64,000 nucleotides of DNA from Candidatus Latescibacterota bacterium (GTDB lineage: Bacteria; Latescibacterota; UBA2968; UBA8231). Below, in pieces: positions 1 through 9,606 of the stretch. The notes beneath the pieces were generated by a model that saw nothing but the letters and a program-made list of their open reading frames with translations, made no database searches and was not told the DNA's origin. The DNA lies in assembly GCA_965242865.1 (NCBI GenBank), contig CBDETK010000013.1:2912001-2976000 (forward strand), read 5' to 3'. Both the position numbers and the translations under genes were made by a program. Position 1 is the first letter of the stretch; each line of letters opens with the position of its first letter.

Positions 1-505
1 CGTCGGGGCCGAGGTTCGGGAAGCGGGTGTGGTAGGACTGCGCCCAGCGGCCTTGGGCCAAGGTGCGCTCTTCTTCGTCCTCAATGTCGGCACTGCCGAA
101 GCGCATCTGCTCGCCGCCGTGGTCGCCATCAACGTGCATTTCCCAGCTATCGTCGCCGCCAGCCACGCCGCCCATGGCGTCGCGATCGTAGAAGTCGTCA
201 AAGCGCTCCATCATAAAGTAGAGGCTGTTGTTCGACTCGCTCCAGCCGACGATGATGCGGAAGTTCAAGTCGCCGAAATCGGCCGGCTTTTCGCCGTTGA
301 ACGCGGTGTGCTCGGCAAAGGAAATTGAGTATTCCTCGGGCACGATCGCCCATTCGGACAAGTCGCCATCCAGCGTTGGCTCGAGGCCGGCCGGCCACTG
401 GAAGGCCGTGCGCACAGCCCCCTCGGGCACGTGCGCCGTAGCCGTGGCGACGACGCCCATGCACAGGGCCAGTGCGAGCAAAACAGTGATTCTCTGCAAA
501 ATCAT
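1..505 (-). CDS. Secreted hypothetical protein, CBM9/DOMON-like (runs off window start)
   Basis: Not in the ORF track. Hand translation: MILQRITVLLALALCMGVVATATAHVPEG...PTLDGDLSEW...FRIIVGWS..NSLYF...DDSWEMHVDGDH. Signal peptide, LDGDLSEW motif, AAGGAGG directly upstream. Confidence 0.7.
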   Translation of the reverse strand, partial: MILQRITVLLALALCMGVVATATAHVPEGAVRTAFQWPAGLEPTLDGDLSEWAIVPEEYSISFAEHTAFNGEKPADFGDLNFRIIVGWSESNNSLYFMMERFDDFYDRDAMGGVAGGDDSWEMHVDGDHGGEQMRFGSADIEDEEERTLAQGRWAQSYHTRFPNLGPD

Positions 506-612
506 CCTCCTTGGTTAAGGGTCCTATCTTCTGAGTTAAAACAAATGCTTCTGTTGCGCGACCTGATGGCCGCTACTGCCCTCGGGCAACGACCTCCTTT
601 CTTGGTTGTAAT

Positions 613-2145
613 CTACGGGAGTGTTTGCAAGTGCGCGATGCGGCTCTGCGCCGCGGCCAGCGCCTTGTCGTCGCCGCGCCAGTGCCGGACAAAGGCCCCG
701 TAGGCCAGGTGCGCGGCCGCGACCGCGCCTTGTTGCTCGTAGGCTTGGCCCAGCGCGTAGTGGGAGCGCGCATGCGTGGAATCGCGCCGCACGACCTCCT
801 CAAACTGGGCGATGGCCTCGGCCAAGGACTCGCGCCGGGCCAAGGCCATGCCCAACCCATAGTACGCGTCGCCCAGCTCGGCGTTGCAAGCAAGGGCAGC
901 TCGATAGGCGTCAATGGCTTTTGCCAAATCGCCCCGCAGGGCATGGACATTGCCCAAGGCATTGTGCGCCTTGGCGTAGCAGGCGTCGAGGGCGAGGGCG
1001 CGAGCAAACGCTGCCTCGGCCTCGGCCCAACGCTGCTTTTGGGCGTGGGCAAAGCCCATGGTAAAATGCGCTTCGGGCGCATGCCGGCCCCGCGGTTCGT
1101 GCGCCGCGATGGTGCCAGCCAAGTGCGCGGCGCGCTCCACATCACCCTGCCGCAGGTGGAGCTGGACCACCGCGGCCAGCGCGTCAACGTGCTCGGGCGC
1201 GCGGCTGAGAACCTCCTGATACGTGTTCAGCGCGTCCGCGTAGTGCCCCAAGCGCGTCTGCGCCCGGCCCAGCTCCAACCGCGCTTCCACATTGCCGGGA
1301 TCGCGCACCAACGCCTTTTCTAAGGCCTCCTCTCGATCCGCCAAGCCGAGCAAACCCTCTAGACGCACGAGCATGGCTTCGGCTTCGTCGTAGCGGCCTT
1401 GGGCCGAATACAAATTCGCCAAGTCGTGGTACGCCGCGCCGTAGTGGGCGTCGAGGGCCACGGCCCGGTTGAGCACCTGCGCGGCTGCTTCGTACCGCTT
1501 TTCGTTTAAGTAGAGCCGACCCAAGTCCCGCCAGATTTCTTTGCGCTCCGGCGCCAACTCGGCCGCTTCCACCAACACCTCTTCCGCACGCACACTGCGG
1601 CCCTGTTGGCTGTAGAGCAAGGCTAGGGCCTGCCTCGCCTCCACATCTTGGGGGGCGATGTACAGTGCCTTCAGCAGGGCCTCTTCGGCGCGCTCGTATT
1701 GCCCTTGCTCCTTTGCCAGAAAGGCCAACAGGCGATAGGAGCTAGGCGATTGGGGATCGAAACGCAACGCGGCTTCTACGGCCGCTACGGCCTGCGGGTA
1801 GCGGCCGGCTTCGAGGTGGGCAATGGCCAAGTTGTGATAGGAGGGGATATACGTCGAATCCAGCGCAATGGCCCGGGCAAAGTGCGGGGCCGCGGCCGCG
1901 CTCTTGCGCTGCAAATGCGCCAAGCCGAGGTAAAAGTGCGCGTCGCGGGACAGGGAATCGCGGCGGATGGCCTCTTGATATACGGCCGCGGCTTGGTCGT
2001 AGCGGCCCTGATCCAAATACGTCCTCCCCACCGCGAGCAAAGGCTCGCCTGCTGGCGGCTCTTGCCGCGCTTGGCCGCATCCCCCCAGCGAGAGAAAGGC
2101 GAGGAGGGCGAGGAGGGCGAGGCGATCCACGGGCGAAAAGGACAT
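613..2145 (-). CDS. Tetratricopeptide-repeat lipoprotein
   Basis: Lipobox-like LGGC after a hydrophobic stretch; many TPR units (AHFYLG, AYHDLA, AHNALG, AYYGLG). Confidence 0.9.
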   Translation of the reverse strand: MSFSPVDRLALLALLAFLSLGGCGQARQEPPAGEPLLAVGRTYLDQGRYDQAAAVYQEAIRRDSLSRDAHFYLGLAHLQRKSAAAAPHFARAIALDSTYIPSYHNLAIAHLEAGRYPQAVAAVEAALRFDPQSPSSYRLLAFLAKEQGQYERAEEALLKALYIAPQDVEARQALALLYSQQGRSVRAEEVLVEAAELAPERKEIWRDLGRLYLNEKRYEAAAQVLNRAVALDAHYGAAYHDLANLYSAQGRYDEAEAMLVRLEGLLGLADREEALEKALVRDPGNVEARLELGRAQTRLGHYADALNTYQEVLSRAPEHVDALAAVVQLHLRQGDVERAAHLAGTIAAHEPRGRHAPEAHFTMGFAHAQKQRWAEAEAAFARALALDACYAKAHNALGNVHALRGDLAKAIDAYRAALACNAELGDAYYGLGMALARRESLAEAIAQFEEVVRRDSTHARSHYALGQAYEQQGAVAAAHLAYGAFVRHWRGDDKALAAAQSRIAHLQTLP

Positions 2146-2216
2146 GTCGTAGATTCTTTTTAGAGTGGCGAGTGCTTGTCGGTATTATATAGTATGTACC
2201 TACCAACTAAGTCAAG

Positions 2217-2334
2217 AAAGAAAGTGCCTCGCAATTTGGCGTTTTTCGGCCGGGCGGCGGTCCGTTTCCTCGCGCTCTTTTTTCCGTTCGCAAGCTGCGA
2301 GCCCCCGCTCCCGCAACCCCAAGCGGACGCCGCG
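2217..2334 (+). repeat. Left copy of 118-bp direct repeat bounding the island; encodes a 38-aa stub of the beta-helix gene (GTG 2224 to TAG 2340)
   Basis: Identical to 12223-12340 except one G/A difference (tttttcggcc vs tttttcagcc). Confidence 0.95.
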
Positions 2335-2434
2335 ACATAGGGCGTCAGCGGCACTGCGGGCGACGATCCCATCGAGGTCGCCGTGCTAGTTTGGCGTCCG
2401 CCTTCCGGGTGCTCAGAGGCGCGGAGGTCTGCGA

Positions 2435-3535
2435 CTATCGTTCCCGCTTTCTATAGAGCTCTTCCATGGCGTCTTGCAACAAGCGGTTGAAGTTGATTCG
2501 GCGATTGTAGCACCGGCGATAGGCATCCACTCGGCTCAACGTCTCTTGGTAATAGCTCGGCACCGCGTACAGCCGCACGATTTCAGTGGCCATCTCTTCT
2601 GTGTTGCCGACTAGCCGTATGGAGCGCATCCGGTCGAATTCGGCTAGTTCCCGGATGCCAATCGAATCGAAGGATACTACCGGCTTGCCGCAATGGATTG
2701 CTTCCAAGGCAAAAATGCCAAACGCTTCCACGTCGGCTGTCGAGACGACGCAAAGACACGCCGCGAACTGTTTTCTCACCTCGGCGTCAGACAGGGATGT
2801 TCGGTTGAAGTGAATTGGCCGTCCAGCCCGTTCATTAGCTTGTACGAGTTCCCTAGTGTATGCGGGATACAGTGAGTCGTCCAGGCCTCCAGAGACGCGG
2901 ACCCCGATGCCATAGCCGTGCAAGCGGCGGGCTAACTGTATAACCGCGTCGAGGTTTTTGCGCGGTGCTATTCTCGTCGGGCAAAAGGCGAAGGGACGCG
3001 CTGTGGCTCCAGCCGCCGACTTCCATATTCCATGGCGGATTTCGTCGTCGGCCTTGGTGGGCAGGTTGTAGCGCACCCAGATCGAATCCAATCCAAAGTG
3101 GCGTCGCAAGAATTGCTGGAAAAACCGGGCAAAGACCACGACGCCTAGTAGGTTGACCTCGTGTAGTAGGCGCAGGCAGCGGGCCTTTGTTTCCGATGGT
3201 AGTTCCACGACCGTCTCGAATGGAACCAGCACCGTATCGGCGGCTACCTGTTCCTTGGCGACCAGTTGCAACGCGGCGAACCCACAGGCAAATACGATGT
3301 CGGCGGCTTGGAGGTCTCGACGTAGCTCTACCGGCAGTTCGCATTCTTGTGGACTGAATCGGTAGTCGAGCTTGCCGCGAATCAGGTCCGCATTGGTTAT
3401 ACAGCGCACCGCTTGGTGCCGCTTTCGCACATAGTCGTCTATCGACCGAATGACTTTCTCCGCACCCCCTTCCAGTTCGTACAGATAGGGGGCGATCAGT
3501 ACCGCTTTGTCTTTATCGGGTGCGATCGATTCCAT
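2435..3535 (-). CDS. Glycosyltransferase, GT4 (GT-B) family
   Basis: GGAEKV near the N-terminus, RIAPRKN, and the GT4 signature EAFGIFALEAIHCGKPVV. Confidence 0.88.
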   Translation of the reverse strand: MESIAPDKDKAVLIAPYLYELEGGAEKVIRSIDDYVRKRHQAVRCITNADLIRGKLDYRFSPQECELPVELRRDLQAADIVFACGFAALQLVAKEQVAADTVLVPFETVVELPSETKARCLRLLHEVNLLGVVVFARFFQQFLRRHFGLDSIWVRYNLPTKADDEIRHGIWKSAAGATARPFAFCPTRIAPRKNLDAVIQLARRLHGYGIGVRVSGGLDDSLYPAYTRELVQANERAGRPIHFNRTSLSDAEVRKQFAACLCVVSTADVEAFGIFALEAIHCGKPVVSFDSIGIRELAEFDRMRSIRLVGNTEEMATEIVRLYAVPSYYQETLSRVDAYRRCYNRRINFNRLLQDAMEELYRKRER

Positions 3536-3539
3536 CGGA

Positions 3540-4193
3540 CTAAGGCTCCAAGTTAGAATCGGTTAGTGCGTCCAAATGGGCGCGATAGGCCCAGCCTTTA
3601 AGCACACCGCGCAATCCACCGGCTTCGTCATGTAGTTCGATTTGGCTGACGGCCCCGTTGGGAAAGTCAGCGGCCAACAGGGCTGCCAGATCGGCTTGCG
3701 GGCACAAGTCTTTGATCGTGGTGTTGAATAGCCCGCCGTGGCCGACAATCACGATGTGTTCGCCCCAGCGGTTGGCTACCGCCTGCCGCAGTCCCGCCTG
3801 CATCCGGCCCCACAGCGCGTGGTAATTTTCGCCATTGGGGAAGGCGGCGGCGTGGTCGCCGGCATACCACGCTGCGAAGATGCGGTCGTGGAGCGTCCAA
3901 GCGGCTTGGGTGGGCGGCTCTCGTTCCAAGCGGCCGACATCGACTTCGCGGAAGGCTTCGACGATATGGACCGGGAATTGGTGTGGACCGGCAATGCACA
4001 CGGCGGTTTGCTGCGCCCGCTGCAAGGGCGAGGCATAGACCGCCGCGATGGGGAACGACGCGAGGTACGCGGCCGTGCAGTGCGCCTGTCGCCAGCCTAA
4101 CGGCGTGAGCGGATAGTCCACGATGCGATGGGAAAACTCGCCGGTCTGATTAGCGCGGTTCTCTCCGTGACGCACCAGCCACACCGTGTTCAC
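3540..4193 (-). CDS. Histidine phosphatase (phosphoglycerate mutase-like) family protein
   Basis: LVRHGEN, ASPLQRAQQTA, FPNGE and VGHGG motifs. Confidence 0.9.
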   Translation of the reverse strand: MNTVWLVRHGENRANQTGEFSHRIVDYPLTPLGWRQAHCTAAYLASFPIAAVYASPLQRAQQTAVCIAGPHQFPVHIVEAFREVDVGRLEREPPTQAAWTLHDRIFAAWYAGDHAAAFPNGENYHALWGRMQAGLRQAVANRWGEHIVIVGHGGLFNTTIKDLCPQADLAALLAADFPNGAVSQIELHDEAGGLRGVLKGWAYRAHLDALTDSNLEP

Positions 4194-5254
4194 CGACTCA
4201 GTGCCTTCAAGACGCGCCCGAGCAGCGGCTGCTCCTCGGCGGCCAGCGCGGCGAGCGTCCCGCTAGCCCGCGTGAGAGTGTCGGGCCGCTGATGCGTTTT
4301 CCAACGCAACAGCACTAGACGCAGCCTGCGTACCTTTCGCTCGATTGCACCAAAGCGCATCCCAAGCTGCTCCTCTGGATCGAGATAGCCCTGCGCTTCC
4401 ATGTACTGCAACCGCGCCTGCATACACGTTTTGTGTTCCCATAGGATGCGCCACGAGATGTCGCGGTAGGCGGCCGGATTTTTCAGTTCGCGCTGGAGAA
4501 ACCGATAGATGGCCGTGCCCCAAAAGCCGCCCTCTCGCGGCACGGCTAATAGCCGGTAGCGCTGCGACGTGTCGGACGCAGACAGATAGTCGGTCAACTG
4601 TTCGGCCACCGCACAGGGGTCAAAGGGATATGGCGAGTCGGGCAAATACTTGTAGAGGAACACTCGGGGCCGGTCTTCCATCGCTTGAAGAAACCACGGC
4701 GGCAGCGACCGGCCGGCTTGCAACGCCTGCTGAATGTGGCCTTCGCGGGTGAACGAACTCGCTTGTTCCACCACGTCAAACGGCATGTGAGAGATTGCGT
4801 AGCCGCCCTGTTCGTCGAAGCCGGACAGCACCAACGTGCGCTCCTCGGTGTCATAGCCAGACACGAGTACTTCGTGGATGAAGTGGTGCCGCTGATAGTG
4901 CGGTCGGTTGGGCAGATAGAAGAAGTCGACATCCGTCTGGACGTAGTAGCCCCGGTCAATACACGAGACGATCCACGGGACGAAATCAGCGGTGCCCAGC
5001 CCTAACACTTGGCGGTCGATGGTCTGGACGTCGAGGAAGGGGCAGGTGGAAAAATACACATGGCGCACCTCATGGCGCGTGCTAAAGGGTTGGGTGTAGA
5101 ACTTCAATTCTTCGCCGGGGAAATTGAACAGTTGAATGTGAGTGCTGTATAGCCACGGCAGGTAGGCATCGGCTTGGGCGAGGATGGACAGCGGATACGT
5201 ATTGAACAAATAGGAACAGATTGGCGGCGAGTGCTGTGGTAGGGTGCGTTGCAT
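4190..5254 (-). CDS. BtrH-like (papain/NlpC-fold) protein, putative ACP-dependent acyltransferase
   Basis: GYYVQTDVDFFYLP...Y..HHFIHEVLVSGYD matches the BtrH_N pattern (D.yyLp...H..H..l.GYD); lies directly downstream of the ACP gene. Confidence 0.6.
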   Translation of the reverse strand: MQRTLPQHSPPICSYLFNTYPLSILAQADAYLPWLYSTHIQLFNFPGEELKFYTQPFSTRHEVRHVYFSTCPFLDVQTIDRQVLGLGTADFVPWIVSCIDRGYYVQTDVDFFYLPNRPHYQRHHFIHEVLVSGYDTEERTLVLSGFDEQGGYAISHMPFDVVEQASSFTREGHIQQALQAGRSLPPWFLQAMEDRPRVFLYKYLPDSPYPFDPCAVAEQLTDYLSASDTSQRYRLLAVPREGGFWGTAIYRFLQRELKNPAAYRDISWRILWEHKTCMQARLQYMEAQGYLDPEEQLGMRFGAIERKVRRLRLVLLRWKTHQRPDTLTRASGTLAALAAEEQPLLGRVLKALSR

Positions 5255-5262
5255 GATGGAAC

Positions 5263-5520
5263 TTACACCCTCTGCTTGCCGACGACGTATTCAGCCAGCG
5301 TCTCTACCGAATCAAACAATTCGGCGGTCAGTTCGTCGTCTTCGACCGTGATGCCAAATGCCTCCTCTATGACGGAGACGATCTCTAAAGTGGCCATTGA
5401 ATCGAGGTCCATGCCTCCACCGAACAGCGTCTCGTCGTCGGGAATTTCCGCTGGATCCACGTCCAATCCAAGCGCGGCGACGATCAGGCACTTGATCTGC
5501 GCTTTCAGGCACCCGGACAC
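5263..5520 (-). CDS. Acyl carrier protein
   Basis: 85 aa, acidic; LFGGGMDLDSM phosphopantetheine serine motif and IEEAFGI; GAGGAG 8 nt upstream of GTG. Confidence 0.92.
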   Translation of the reverse strand: MSGCLKAQIKCLIVAALGLDVDPAEIPDDETLFGGGMDLDSMATLEIVSVIEEAFGITVEDDELTAELFDSVETLAEYVVGKQRV

Positions 5521-7397
5521 GATGCGGGCTCCTCGGCAAAGTGGTTGACCACCGTATCCACCATCCGCTGCTGGCCTTTCTCCGACAGAATCGACACTGC
5601 TGGTAGGCCAAAGCGATCTTCGAGCCGACCCAAGGTACGTTTGATGTGCTCCGCAGTCATCGGACGTGGCTTGATGAATGTGCGCCCGTAAGCGGCGCGG
5701 ATGTGCTTTTCTTGGTCGCTCATGGCCAATAGCAGCGTCGGTGCTTTGGCGAGGGCGCGCAGAGCGTCAATGGTATCTTGGATATACTCGTCGGCGTCAA
5801 CGCTGTTGACCACGAGGATACACGCATCCGGCTTCGTGCCTAGCAGAAAGGCTGTCGAAGTCAGCGAATGGGTGCGGTGTTCATGCACATCGTAGGGAAT
5901 GGTGCCCGACTGCGAGCCGACCAAGATGAGATCGGGTTTCTGCTGCTGGCTAAGCTGCCGCAGTTTGTAATCCAGATAGGGCACGTAGTATTGCAAGGGC
6001 ATTTCCACATTGGAGGCATAGCCCATAGGAAAAGCGAGGTCCATGCCAAACAGCACCGCATGGTGCTCGGTGCCGATTTGACCGACTCGATAGCCGAGGC
6101 GCAAAAGGCGGCGACGCAGGATCAGTTGCAGGGTGAATTTGCCCTGTTGGGAACTAGTGCCAAACACGCCGAGCACCGGCACATCAACCGGACTGTAAGC
6201 CGGCTCAGTTTGGAGGGCTTGCCGTACGTCATCGGACGAGACCGAGGGATACGTCAAGTGCAGTCCCTTCTTGTCGGCGAGTTCGTACAAATCGCCATAC
6301 TTGTCTTGGGGCACGGCGAGGAAACTGAAAACGTGGCAGTCGCGCTTTAGTGCGGTCTCAATGGCCGTGCGTAGCATGTCTTTCTTGTCAATCCGCCCTA
6401 ACTGATCGACATAGCCGAGGATGAGCGTATCCGCCTTCTTGAGGGCCGCAGCAAGCCGGGGCCGGATGCGTACCCCGATGGAAGGTAAGCCAAGCACCTT
6501 GCCCGCGTCCTTGGCCACGAGCCCCTTGCCCACCGGATCGGCGATACCCGCGATCTCGAAAGCGAGTAAATCCCGCGCTCGGACCAAGGAGTGCATCTCT
6601 TTGTTGAACGGGTAGAGTGCCGCCTTCTGAATCCAGGAAAAACTTGAAGGGTTAGCAGGAGACTCCGGCGTGACCGCTGGGCGCGTACTTTGGAGCAGTT
6701 CCGGCGTCCCTTTCAACGCATTGGTCTGCAGTACCTCGCGCACCTGTTCCAATGATGCCCCCGGATGCGCTTGGCGAATCAAGGCAACCATGCCGGTGAC
6801 GTGCGGCGCGGCAAAGCTGGTGCCCGACACCATCAGATACGACGGATCGGTCCAGCAGACCCGCTGCATATCACCCCGGGCGACGCATTCAATCGCGTGG
6901 CCCGGACGATAGTAATACCCATAGCGTCCGCGGACCTTGCCTCCTGCAACGCCGATAACGTCGGACAAGACCGCAGGATAGCTTTCTCGCCCGTCGTTGT
7001 GCTCGGCAGCGACGAGAATAACCCCGGCTCCACGAGCTCGGCAACAGACCTCGGCGAGCCGGTCGCGGAAGGCAACGTCCGTCGTGCCTAAGCTGAGATT
7101 GACCACATCCATCCGCTGCTCAATCGCCCAGCGGATCGCCGCTAGCAGAGCCGAACCATCGGCGGTCAGGGATTCGTCGAAAATGCGGACATCGTACAGA
7201 GTCGCGGTCGGCGCGATTTGGCGGATGATGCCCGCGCAAGCCGTGCCGTGCCCCGCACCAATAGCTGCAGGCGGAGACTCCGAGTCCAAGAGGACCTCGT
7301 GAACTGCGCCGATCTTTTCGTGCGTCGGGTCAACACCCGAGTCAATAACGGCGACACGGACGGGATGAACTGCTTTGGCTAGGTTCGTCAGGAGCAT
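5505..7397 (-). CDS. Subtilisin-like S8 peptidase fused to a DUF1611/TIGR04066-like P-loop domain
   Basis: Catalytic triad motifs VAVIDSG, GHGTACAG, SGTSFAAPHV; no signal peptide. C-terminal VPVLGVFGTSSQQGKF...GYRVGQIGTE...PDLILVGSQSG. Confidence 0.85.
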   Translation of the reverse strand: MLLTNLAKAVHPVRVAVIDSGVDPTHEKIGAVHEVLLDSESPPAAIGAGHGTACAGIIRQIAPTATLYDVRIFDESLTADGSALLAAIRWAIEQRMDVVNLSLGTTDVAFRDRLAEVCCRARGAGVILVAAEHNDGRESYPAVLSDVIGVAGGKVRGRYGYYYRPGHAIECVARGDMQRVCWTDPSYLMVSGTSFAAPHVTGMVALIRQAHPGASLEQVREVLQTNALKGTPELLQSTRPAVTPESPANPSSFSWIQKAALYPFNKEMHSLVRARDLLAFEIAGIADPVGKGLVAKDAGKVLGLPSIGVRIRPRLAAALKKADTLILGYVDQLGRIDKKDMLRTAIETALKRDCHVFSFLAVPQDKYGDLYELADKKGLHLTYPSVSSDDVRQALQTEPAYSPVDVPVLGVFGTSSQQGKFTLQLILRRRLLRLGYRVGQIGTEHHAVLFGMDLAFPMGYASNVEMPLQYYVPYLDYKLRQLSQQQKPDLILVGSQSGTIPYDVHEHRTHSLTSTAFLLGTKPDACILVVNSVDADEYIQDTIDALRALAKAPTLLLAMSDQEKHIRAAYGRTFIKPRPMTAEHIKRTLGRLEDRFGLPAVSILSEKGQQRMVDTVVNHFAEEPASCPGA

Positions 7398-7678
7398 CGT
7401 CTGATTAAGCTTAGGACCGCCGAATCTTCATCTAGTGCGATGTCCAAGGCTTCCGGTCCGAGCAAAAATGTCGAATCGATAAACCATTCAACCGGCTGAC
7501 CATACAGAGCGGCCAACCGGAGCAACTCCAGCGTCGAGACGGCTCGCTCACCCGATTCAATGCGGCTGATCGCCGATTGGTCGCGGCCAATTTCCGCACT
7601 GGCGGTCGCTTGGCTGATATGCTGACTTCTACGGGCCAAACGCAAGCGGCGGGCGAGCTCTTCAGGGGTTATGGGCAT
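7388..7678 (-). CDS. XRE-family helix-turn-helix regulator
   Basis: RLRLARR..ISQ...A.EIG.DQSAISRIESGER; stop overlaps the S8 gene start. Confidence 0.88.
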   Translation of the reverse strand: MPITPEELARRLRLARRSQHISQATASAEIGRDQSAISRIESGERAVSTLELLRLAALYGQPVEWFIDSTFLLGPEALDIALDEDSAVLSLIRRCS

Positions 7679-7744
7679 AATAGATGCGCCGGATAATTGG
7701 GTGGATGTAGCATCATTTTGTTATGCGTAATACGGCAGGTTAGC

Positions 7745-8611
7745 TTACTCTCGATTAAAGTAGAAGGCGAGTTCCGGCTGTTGGCGGGCAGATATGGCAA
7801 TCGTTGAATCCATGCGGATCGCCGTCGCTAAATCCTCGCTGGCCAACGTCATCTCGCCCTGCCGGGCGCGGATGAGTGCTCTGTAATACCACGCAACGCC
7901 GGTTTCGTTGTCGATCGATATAGCTCGATTGAGCGCGGCCAGCCCTTCTTCTAGGCGACCTGTACTTCTAAAGAGAATGCTTCGCTTGATCCACGACGCG
8001 AGGTGCTCAGGATCGTGCTGCAAGGCGATCTCAAGTGCTGCTTCAGCAGCCGCATAGTCTCTTTCTTGGAGATGAAGCGAACCAATAAGTCCCCAGAAAT
8101 ACGTGAAATGCGCGTCGGTAGAGTCGGCGACTAAGCAGGCTTTGTAAACATGTACTGCTTCTTCTACTTGTCGTAAATCGCGCAGAAGATCGCCCGTTCT
8201 CTGGCATAATCCCACGTTTTTGGGATCTAAGCGGAACGCAGCCGAGTAAAACTCAAGGGCTTGTATTGAATCCTCCATGGCTAGACAGGCATCGCCCTTG
8301 CTCTTCCACAGCCAAGGATCGTCGTGGTCGTACTGTATAGCAGTATTTAGGGCATCGAGCGCACGATCATATTCACCCAGCATTATATAACACTTTGCAA
8401 GCACATTCCAAGCGCGGGGCGAATCACCCTCTAAGGCAAGGAATTGTTCATAAGCGCGAAAGGCCATTCGGTGTTCATTGATCGCCATAAGTCGATCGCC
8501 ATGCCGCAAGTAGGTAGCCCCATCCGATAGATCATACCTCACCATTAGATATAACAGTGAAAGGATGGTTATGGAATTGATCAAAACGGCCGAGAGGACC
8601 CATTTTTTCAT
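7745..8611 (-). CDS. Membrane-anchored TPR protein
   Basis: One N-terminal hydrophobic helix, then TPR units (AWNVLA, LWKSKG, AWYYRA); ATGA overlap with the upstream CPBP gene. Confidence 0.85.
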   Translation of the reverse strand: MKKWVLSAVLINSITILSLLYLMVRYDLSDGATYLRHGDRLMAINEHRMAFRAYEQFLALEGDSPRAWNVLAKCYIMLGEYDRALDALNTAIQYDHDDPWLWKSKGDACLAMEDSIQALEFYSAAFRLDPKNVGLCQRTGDLLRDLRQVEEAVHVYKACLVADSTDAHFTYFWGLIGSLHLQERDYAAAEAALEIALQHDPEHLASWIKRSILFRSTGRLEEGLAALNRAISIDNETGVAWYYRALIRARQGEMTLASEDLATAIRMDSTIAISARQQPELAFYFNRE

Positions 8612-9351
8612 AGCATAGACTCCAACATATAAACCCTATATAAGAAGACGAAGGCTGGGACCATATTGGCAACGCCGTGTATCACAATACAGGCTCCAAT
8701 AGAACGCGATCGTTCATAGTAGAGAACAAGCACGAGACCTAATCCCAAATGGGGGAGGAGGTCCAAAAATTTCTCGTCCATATTGTAGTGGCATAATGCA
8801 AACAGTATGACATTTGCCACAACAGCCCACATAAAAGGTAAATGCTTTCTGAGATAGGGATACAGAATACCTCTAAATAGCCACTCCTCCACTAAGGGAA
8901 TGACAACTACACCTTGTAATATCCTTATAACCGATAAATCGGGTAGGTACATTACCGGCGGAATATAAGCAACCGATTTTGATAGATTCGCTAGGACCAT
9001 AATTGACACGACTAAGGAGGCTGCTAGCCAGATCTCCTTCCCGAAACCAACCAAAGATAGCCTTAGCCGATTAGGCACGGTTCCTACAATGAGACGAAAA
9101 CAGACAAGCATTAAAATCATCGCGACCGCATGGGAACCAAAAAAGCGAAGAAGGACGATTTTCATATCCCGAAACAGCAACGACTCTTCGGCCCAGTCGG
9201 CCCAGTTATCGACATAAGCGTTCCTGAGCGCAATAAAAAAGAATAAGATGGCGAACTGTAGGGTGACCAAGATGAAGTTCCATGGACACTCCCATTCTTG
9301 TCTTCGCATGGTGTCCCAAGTATTGAGCACAGTGCTATAGACCGATTTCAT
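8608..9351 (-). CDS. CPBP/Abi (type II CAAX) intramembrane protease
   Basis: PLVEEWLFRG, LFALCH and IVIHGVAN motifs; multi-pass membrane protein. Confidence 0.9.
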   Translation of the reverse strand: MKSVYSTVLNTWDTMRRQEWECPWNFILVTLQFAILFFFIALRNAYVDNWADWAEESLLFRDMKIVLLRFFGSHAVAMILMLVCFRLIVGTVPNRLRLSLVGFGKEIWLAASLVVSIMVLANLSKSVAYIPPVMYLPDLSVIRILQGVVVIPLVEEWLFRGILYPYLRKHLPFMWAVVANVILFALCHYNMDEKFLDLLPHLGLGLVLVLYYERSRSIGACIVIHGVANMVPAFVFLYRVYMLESML

Positions 9352-9548
9352 ATCCGCGTACCAAGCGTAGGCGATACCAAATCCAAGGACATGCTGTGAA
9401 GTAGCCCACTTTTTCGTACATCAGATCAATAGCGGAGTCAACAATGGTAATGTTGACTAGATGTCCAGAAGCATCAAACGGTTCTGATTGGTTGATTCGA
9501 CCTATGGGTTCCCTAGGGATATAAGCATCTATGGATGTACAGCGGTGC

Positions 9549-9605
9549 TACGTGTGATCCGTAAAACTTGTCACTTTATCAAGCGAACTATTCACGGATC
9601 ACGTA
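9549..9605 (-). terminator. Stem-loop just 3' of the precursor-like gene
   Basis: GTGATCCGT (9554-9562) pairs perfectly with ACGGATCAC (9594-9602), extended by tacg/cgta; no clear U-tract. Confidence 0.5.
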
Positions 9606-9606
9606 C

